A stretch of DNA of 45,423 bases from a virus. Position 1 is the first letter of the stretch. Every line of letters starts with the position of its first letter. The notes beneath the pieces are model-generated. The model was not told the DNA's origin. It did not search any database and worked only from the letters and a program-made list of their open reading frames with translations. The stretch covers positions 1-45,423 of the IMG/VR virus record IMGVR_UViG_3300031578_000093; one strand, 5' to 3'. A program made the position numbers and the translations under genes. This document shows, piece by piece, positions 40,395 through 45,423 of this stretch.

Positions 40395-40787
40395 AGGCTT
40401 TCTATACTTATGGTCAATCTTATTGTTGGGCTTACCGTCGTATTCTCCCCTCCCAACATAAACATCAAGAGTCTTGCCAGCACACGCAACTAATTCAAAT
40501 CTCCCACCGTCAGGAGGAACTTCTACACCACATGCTTCAAGAAAGCCTACAGCAAAACCGATAGCCTTCTCATTAAAGTTCCAGTTATGCGGTCCAAGAG
40601 GAACATCTTTAAACTCTTCGCTCTTAGTAGTAGCATTAAAGAGAATTGTTCCCTCAATTGGAAAATTCTGAGAATCTCCCTGTTTGCTAGTCTTTTCCCC
40701 AACATCTTCAATCTTGACACGATACCAGTCGGGGTCAACTAACTTACCACGAAGAATGTCCTTACGAGTGATTGTAATAAGTGGCAT
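40386..40787 (-). CDS. DUF669-like (SSB-like) protein, 133 aa
   Basis: Sequence pattern and the typical position directly downstream of an AAA_24-type ATPase (ATGA-type coupling at 40787). Confidence 0.45.
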   Translation of the reverse strand: MPLITITRKDILRGKLVDPDWYRVKIEDVGEKTSKQGDSQNFPIEGTILFNATTKSEEFKDVPLGPHNWNFNEKAIGFAVGFLEACGVEVPPDGGRFELVACAGKTLDVYVGRGEYDGKPNNKIDHKYRKPVD

Positions 40788-41617
40788 TATTTTTGTCCTC
40801 TTAGTTTGTCGATAGCTGGTTTAATGTAAGTTGTGTAAAGTTGTTGGTCATTGAATTCGATTGTTGCCGGTAAATTGAAAGCTGTTCTAGCAAAATCCAA
40901 GAATGTATGTTGTGTTAATATCTCATACTTTCCCCCCTTAGAAATATCTGCCTCCGGTTTGAGGTTAAAGTGATAGACTTCGGTGCAATGTGCTGGTATC
41001 TTTGCGCTAATTTTCCTCCCTCCCGTCGCAAGTTGACGTGACTTAGCTACGAAATTTCCAATTAAGGCTGTCTTTGCATCAATCTGTACCTCCATTACAT
41101 GAGCAATAAGTATCACATTAACTCTGTGATAGAGTCTAATATCTTTAAGTAATCCAATTAGCTCAGTAAAGAATGATGCCTCAGCATTATATTCCTCTAG
41201 TCCTGCTACTTGAATACCTCCAATACGCTTACCTTTTTCAACACCCGCACCTGTAGTAGTTCCTGACTTAAGATTCATAGTATCTAAGTTTACCGCATCA
41301 CCCCCGCTACTAATAGAATCAAAAACAATTGTTTTATTACCTTGTGGATTTACTTGAAACTCCTGTAACTTTTGTTTAATTTTACTATGGGTATTATGCT
41401 TACTAATCTCACCATAGTTATCATACTTAATTTGTGTTACATCCATTCCCCATTTTCTAGCAGGAACAATTAGTGCCTCCATCTTTTGGTCAATAGAGAA
41501 CCAATACTGTGGCGTAGGCCATGATAGTGCAGCAGTGCTTTTTCTAGTGCCGGGTTCTCCCTTGAAAAGATACAGTGCTGCATCTAAATACTCAGCCGCA
41601 TCGAATAGTGTGCTCAC
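40787..41617 (-). CDS. AAA_24/Sak4-like RecA-fold ATPase, 276 aa
   Basis: Walker A-like GEPGTRKS near the N-terminus; hydrophobic strand plus acidic residue (IVFDSIS) as Walker B. Confidence 0.6.
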   Translation of the reverse strand: MSTLFDAAEYLDAALYLFKGEPGTRKSTAALSWPTPQYWFSIDQKMEALIVPARKWGMDVTQIKYDNYGEISKHNTHSKIKQKLQEFQVNPQGNKTIVFDSISSGGDAVNLDTMNLKSGTTTGAGVEKGKRIGGIQVAGLEEYNAEASFFTELIGLLKDIRLYHRVNVILIAHVMEVQIDAKTALIGNFVAKSRQLATGGRKISAKIPAHCTEVYHFNLKPEADISKGGKYEILTQHTFLDFARTAFNLPATIEFNDQQLYTTYIKPAIDKLRGQK

Positions 41618-41853
41618 TTCTTGTTTACCTCACTACTTATTTCACCACTAAATTCAAACTTATAAACTATTTCTTGTATAAGTGTAGCAAGTTTAGTTTC
41701 ATACGGATAAAATCCTCCACTACTAGTATACCACGTTCCATCACTATGTCTTGCTAAAATTCTACGTTCAATCCCATGTTCTTTTTCATAAGAATTAGGT
41801 TCTACTGTTACACTAATCTGTGTAATTTTCAATTTTTTACTCCCATATTCCAT
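41614..41853 (-). CDS. Hypothetical protein, 79 aa
   Basis: ATGA-type overlap with the downstream gene. Confidence 0.5.
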   Translation of the reverse strand: MEYGSKKLKITQISVTVEPNSYEKEHGIERRILARHSDGTWYTSSGGFYPYETKLATLIQEIVYKFEFSGEISSEVNKK

Positions 41854-42041
41854 CCACTGTTATAATACCATGTATTGTAATGCCTATTACCATTCCATTC
41901 ATTCACATAGCCTATGATATAAGCTACTCTGCTTGAATACTTATCGATAGTCAGTGAGCAGCTAACAATTCTCCTTCTAATACTACCATAAGTAGCTCTA
42001 ATAGTAGGTGGTAGTTCATTAGCATTGATAGTGTATATCAT
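41829..42041 (-). CDS. Hypothetical protein, 70 aa
   Basis: ATG ORF that overlaps its neighbours in the train. Confidence 0.5.
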   Translation of the reverse strand: MIYTINANELPPTIRATYGSIRRRIVSCSLTIDKYSSRVAYIIGYVNEWNGNRHYNTWYYNSGWNMGVKN

Positions 42042-42307
42042 AATCCCACCTTCTCCAGCGCATCTTGCAGCTTCTTAAATGTATCACTCTTCTTAATACA
42101 AGTTACATGACGTGGATTAACTCTACGCATGGCAAATGAATCCATTATCATTGGCTCTTTACAAACATGACATAAACTAATACGTCCCTTAACTAAATAC
42201 TTTGGCACATAGTGTGTGCATCCTGGCAACATGCAGCGATAGACTATGTTACCATTAGTGGACTTAACACGACTATACTTATGGATGTGTTCTGGTTTCT
42301 TAGTCAT
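42038..42307 (-). CDS. Zinc-finger protein, 89 aa
   Basis: CMLPGCTH...CHVC pattern. Confidence 0.55.
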   Translation of the reverse strand: MTKKPEHIHKYSRVKSTNGNIVYRCMLPGCTHYVPKYLVKGRISLCHVCKEPMIMDSFAMRRVNPRHVTCIKKSDTFKKLQDALEKVGL

Positions 42308-42546
42308 CTTACTCTACACCTTATCTCATCTTCTAAGGTATGATAAGTTGGAATTTTAATGCAAGCACTAAACTCCATTCCATATGTGTGTTCTTCCATA
42401 GTTACAACTATTAATTTTCTACCATCTCTTAGATAAACTGTTCTGTTTCGATAGTTTATCTTTTCAAGTTTATCTTGATATTCTTCTCTTATCCAGGTGA
42501 AAGTTTCACCAATCTTATTACCTAGAACCGCTATTGGTTTAGTCAT
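42304..42546 (-). CDS. Hypothetical protein, 80 aa
   Basis: ATGA overlap downstream. Confidence 0.55.
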   Translation of the reverse strand: MTKPIAVLGNKIGETFTWIREEYQDKLEKINYRNRTVYLRDGRKLIVVTMEEHTYGMEFSACIKIPTYHTLEDEIRCRVR

Positions 42547-42742
42547 CGCTCTTTATCCTTTTATATTCCTTGCAAACATGTAACTTATCTCTATCTATAT
42601 TCCCCAAATCTTCAAATAGTCGCCATTTTCCTTTTTCTATTTCTTTCCAATAACAAGCTATTCCACAGAACTTACAGTGAACTATATCACTATCATCTGG
42701 TCCTATGTCCCAATCTGCGTAATAATCAGCCATATCTCCCAT
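42539..42742 (-). CDS. Small zinc-ribbon protein, 67 aa
   Basis: HCKFCGIAC...HVC pattern. Confidence 0.55.
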   Translation of the reverse strand: MGDMADYYADWDIGPDDSDIVHCKFCGIACYWKEIEKGKWRLFEDLGNIDRDKLHVCKEYKRIKSDD

Positions 42743-42744
42743 AG

Positions 42745-43623
42745 CTAATCATCCTCATTCCCTATGTCCCAACTCTTTCCAATCTTAAAGTGTTGACGCA
42801 ATTCATCTTCTCTCATACTTCTATCACATTCACAAACGAAACGAAACTGACAGCCACCAAACTTATCACAGTGAGTATAATTAGGAACAGGATAACCACG
42901 CTCAATGTATTCAATATAACGATATGCCCAATGCGCGATTATCTGAATCTGTTCAACTAATCTATCTCTACTATAGTTCATATGGATACGTTCAAATTTC
43001 TCCTCCGGCTTAAGAGTTTTCTGTAAGCCAACCTTATCAACTATCATGTATGGCGTGCCAAGAATAATACAATGACCCATAAACTGAGTATTAAGTGATG
43101 ATGTTTTAGCACGACGGCCAGCAGTCTTATAATCTTTAGAGATTATTCCATCTACAGTATCAATTCTTACGTCAACTTTAGCCTTCCAAAGAATACGAAC
43201 TTCATCATCTTCATAGATTTGCTTACTATGAACTCTCTCTACATCTATAACAGTGTGATGGTCATTACGATAGAAGTTTACATACTGGTCAAAAGTATCT
43301 AACAGATGCGATACTTCTTCATCATTAGCATTGTGTATGCCCGGATAATTTTCAGGATCATTTTCATCACCAGCTATGAATTTAGCACCAGCATCTTGAC
43401 CTTTCAGCGCCGCATCTTCTCGTCTTAGTCCATCACGACGAGCAAGATTATAATGTTCAATCATCTTATGGAATAGTATACCTAATTCTAGACTCTTACC
43501 ATGTCCGGTAATAGGTGTAAGATTATGATTGAACTGATAGTCAGCTAGTCTTTCACAGCCCATAAATGAACTGAGTAGAGTAGCATCGAATATCACATTC
43601 TTACGAGGGGTGATTACTTCCAT
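42745..43623 (-). CDS. Cas4-like PD-(D/E)XK nuclease, 292 aa
   Basis: D...DYK core (VDVRIDTVDGIISKDYKT), plus an N-terminal Cys (FMGCERL) and a C-terminal HCDKFGGCQFRFVC cluster, as in Cas4/AddB-type Fe-S nucleases. Confidence 0.65.
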   Translation of the reverse strand: MEVITPRKNVIFDATLLSSFMGCERLADYQFNHNLTPITGHGKSLELGILFHKMIEHYNLARRDGLRREDAALKGQDAGAKFIAGDENDPENYPGIHNANDEEVSHLLDTFDQYVNFYRNDHHTVIDVERVHSKQIYEDDEVRILWKAKVDVRIDTVDGIISKDYKTAGRRAKTSSLNTQFMGHCIILGTPYMIVDKVGLQKTLKPEEKFERIHMNYSRDRLVEQIQIIAHWAYRYIEYIERGYPVPNYTHCDKFGGCQFRFVCECDRSMREDELRQHFKIGKSWDIGNEDD

Positions 43624-43773
43624 TTATTCACCATACTTCTTCCAATAGTTGAGCCAAGTTCTTTGCCCTTCTACATAGTTTTCTAACGATCCTAAAATAG
43701 CACCAAAAACCACATCAAATATCACCATAATAGGCCATAAAATTATTAGAAGTATTCTATTTATAATATTCAT
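43624..43773 (-). CDS. Small membrane protein, 49 aa (hand-translated)
   Basis: MNIINRILLIILWPIMVIFDVVFGAILG...; ATGA overlap upstream; its stop abuts the next ATG. Confidence 0.45.
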   Translation of the reverse strand: MNIINRILLIILWPIMVIFDVVFGAILGSLENYVEGQRTWLNYWKKYGE

Positions 43774-44027
43774 GATTCAACCATCTCATCCTGTAAGATT
43801 CTACCCTTAAGCCATTCAAGATAACCATCTAACATCAATTTAGTAGCTGAGCAACTATAGAATGAGCTATTACTATTCAAGATTCTAGCTACTAAAGTCA
43901 TGTTAGAATATTCATTGAAGCACAAGACACAAATTGGTATAGGTCCATTAATAGGGTGAACAACTATAGCCACAGCTGGATAAAATTCATCCTTACGATG
44001 GCATTTACAACCACACTTTATCATCAT
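43770..44027 (-). CDS. Cys-rich protein, 85 aa
   Basis: CGCKCH...CVLC pattern. Confidence 0.55.
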   Translation of the reverse strand: MMIKCGCKCHRKDEFYPAVAIVVHPINGPIPICVLCFNEYSNMTLVARILNSNSSFYSCSATKLMLDGYLEWLKGRILQDEMVES

Positions 44028-44197
44028 CGCACGTCATCATTTTTAATGTAAATATGAACTTCACTTTTATCTTCAGATTCCTCAATTCTTACAAAATCAT
44101 ATTCAATTGGTGCTGGTGCGGCATTTTCTAAAAATTTTACTTTAGCGTTCATTGAATATACACGAAATAATTCATCAATTAAATTAGTTACTTTCAT
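44024..44197 (-). CDS. Small protein, 57 aa (hand-translated)
   Basis: MKVTNLIDELFRVYSMNAK...; its stop overlaps the next start. Confidence 0.4.
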   Translation of the reverse strand: MKVTNLIDELFRVYSMNAKVKFLENAAPAPIEYDFVRIEESEDKSEVHIYIKNDDVR

Positions 44198-44203
44198 GAT
44201 GTT

Positions 44204-44395
44204 CTATCTTATAACAATTATGCCTTCACCCTCTTGAATTCTAAGGGGTTTTATACTACTTCTCTTCATTGCATAATATATAGAAGTAGTGCTGAGACCT
44301 TCTCTTTCATTCCATCTATTTTCTACATGATAAGTGAGAATTTTAGTTTCATCACTGTAGGGTTCAAGAAATTTAATTAGTTCTTTTTTAGTCAT
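44204..44395 (-). CDS. Small protein, member of the MT(V)KELIxKLQE family, 63 aa from ATG 44395
   Basis: MTKKELIKFLEP N-terminus; the longer track start overlaps the upstream zinc-ribbon ORF. Confidence 0.55.
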   Translation of the reverse strand: MTKKELIKFLEPYSDETKILTYHVENRWNEREGLSTTSIYYAMKRSSIKPLRIQEGEGIIVIR

Positions 44396-44403
44396 GATAT
44401 TTT

Positions 44404-44553
44404 CTATTGGTCTTTCCAAATAATAAAATCCTTGGAACACACTTCACAATGATAAGCTACTCTGATTAAGTTATGCTCTACTCTTTTGTTCTCTATCTTA
44501 AGCATAGATTCATCAGAGTTAGAACAGAATGGACACTTTACTTTATTGGTCAT
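44404..44553 (-). CDS. Small zinc-ribbon protein, 49 aa (hand-translated)
   Basis: MTNKVKCPFC...HCEVC; ATGA overlap with the stop of 44550..45029. Confidence 0.45.
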   Translation of the reverse strand: MTNKVKCPFCSNSDESMLKIENKRVEHNLIRVAYHCEVCSKDFIIWKDQ

Positions 44554-45029
44554 ATTGTATCTCTAACAAGCGGCGGAATAATTATAGTATTTTTCTTTAA
44601 TCTCCAGCTATATCTTACGGTTGCCCAAGTTCCAGACCTTAGTGTATGCTCAAATTCTTTAGGAGTAGCTATTAAAGTATGACAAGTTTCTGCAATATGT
44701 CTGTTGCGCTCTAGATACTTAAATGGTTCTCTACTCTCAATTACTAACTTATACTTACAGTTGCGGAGCGCATCTTTAACTACACTCTTCATATTCTCTA
44801 TGACATATGCTCTCTTATAGTTATCAGTAGGTGGATGACATACTAACTTCCGTATCTTATCTTCTAACTTCAAATGAAACGCTATAAACTCTCTAGCAGC
44901 TATAGCATCTGCACCGATGCAATCACCATAATGAAATTCATCTGGATTAAATTCATTTAATAGTTTAATGAATTCATCATGTTGGAATGGTGTCATTCCA
45001 CTTTGGGAACCTGTGAAGCCTATGATCAT
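44550..45029 (-). CDS. SLOG-family (DUF2493/YpsA-like) protein, 159 aa
   Basis: IIGFTGSQSG...HYGDCIGADAIA...ERNRHI...LIATP follows the SLOG pattern (by eye). Confidence 0.5.
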   Translation of the reverse strand: MIIGFTGSQSGMTPFQHDEFIKLLNEFNPDEFHYGDCIGADAIAAREFIAFHLKLEDKIRKLVCHPPTDNYKRAYVIENMKSVVKDALRNCKYKLVIESREPFKYLERNRHIAETCHTLIATPKEFEHTLRSGTWATVRYSWRLKKNTIIIPPLVRDTI

Positions 45030-45032
45030 TTT

Positions 45033-45236
45033 TTAGTCCAAAATTAAATAAATTTCATCTTCTGGAATATTTTCTGGTCTTTTCTTAGCACCTACTACAA
45101 GTTGAAAATGTGGAGTGCAATATTTAATATCTACTGGAAATCTCATTTGCCTTTCAAGTTCTTCATCAATATAAGTGAATACTTTCATATTACCATCTAA
45201 TTCCTGTAACTTTTGAATTAGTTTATTAACTGTCAT
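45033..45236 (-). CDS. Small protein, member of the MT(V)KELIxKLQE family, 67 aa
   Basis: MTVNKLIQKLQEL N-terminus; AAGGAG SD 9 nt upstream. Confidence 0.6.
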   Translation of the reverse strand: MTVNKLIQKLQELDGNMKVFTYIDEELERQMRFPVDIKYCTPHFQLVVGAKKRPENIPEDEIYLILD

Positions 45237-45239
45237 AGG

Positions 45240-45380
45240 TCACCACTCCTTCCTACTAACATAGTCATCATCATCACTATTAAACCAGCAAGGAAATTCC
45301 AACATTATTGCTGCACAGATTAGAATGAATAGAGTGCAATCACAGAACATTCTAAACCAATCATCTACTGTGATTGACAT
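45240..45380 (-). CDS. Small hydrophobic protein, 46 aa (hand-translated), spanning the genome junction
   Basis: MSITVDDWFRMFCDCTLFILICAAIMLEFPCWF...; starts inside the 127-bp overlap (equivalent to position 84) and links the gene trains on either side. Confidence 0.45.
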   Translation of the reverse strand: MSITVDDWFRMFCDCTLFILICAAIMLEFPCWFNSDDDDYVSRKEW

Positions 45381-45423
45381 AGCTATATCTACACTAGCTA
45401 TGATTAATGACAGTGTTAGGAGT
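45297..45423. repeat. Window-end overlap: exact 127-bp copy of 1..127
   Basis: Same sequence as the first 127 bases. Confidence 0.95.

Noticed and set aside
1-45423. Temperate lifestyle, CRISPR arrays, known defence or anti-defence systems
   Set aside because: I found no integrase, excisionase, CI-like repressor, partition ATPase, repeat-spacer array or recognisable defence gene in any frame. Absence was judged by eye only.

Overview
The window is a complete, AT-rich tailed-phage genome. Bases 1..127 repeat exactly at 45297..45423, so the unique length is 45,296 bp, either circular or terminally redundant. That length equals a common assembler k-mer, so it may be an assembly signature. There are two transcription arms. 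(1) A rightward plus-strand operon (7564..32463) carries a lysis-like cassette, tail-fibre-like genes, TerL, portal, an acidic scaffold, the major capsid, a GT2 glycosyltransferase, a beta-helix protein, tail genes and three large terminal virion proteins. (2) A leftward minus-strand early/replication gene train runs 7014 down to 98 and continues across the junction from 45380 down to 32596. It encodes an HNH endonuclease, an SNF2 helicase, a SLOG-like protein, a Cas4-like PD-(D/E)XK nuclease, an AAA_24-type ATPase with a DUF669-like partner, a UDG-like::family-A DNA polymerase fusion, two tRNAs (anticodons UAU and UAA), a DUF1599-like protein and many tiny zinc-ribbon proteins joined by ATGA/TAATG overlaps. 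I see no integrase, repressor, reverse transcriptase, CRISPR array or phage RNA polymerase. The three strongest promoters are consensus sigma70 type (TTGACA-N17-TATAnT). The most unusual part is a GC-richer accessory and regulatory island at about 4.3..7.5 kb. It holds a roughly 430-bp dyad-symmetric element: two inverted arrays of exactly 11-bp-phased GAGCGGGA motifs mirrored about an A18 tract. A GTGTC(A/C)-N8-GG(A/G)CA quasi-palindrome recurs beside all three consensus promoters. A self-contained plus-strand cassette (promoter, SD, 124-aa ORF, terminator) is embedded among minus-strand genes. The HNH gene is apparently leaderless and its N-terminus is encoded by one repeat arm. About 480 nt downstream of the HNH gene is ORF-poor (one doubtful 43-aa ORF) and heavily structured, with a 26-bp inverted repeat, nested stems and pseudoknot topology. 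Functional calls rest on motifs read by eye and on gene order. No database search or computation was possible, and composition statements are visual estimates.
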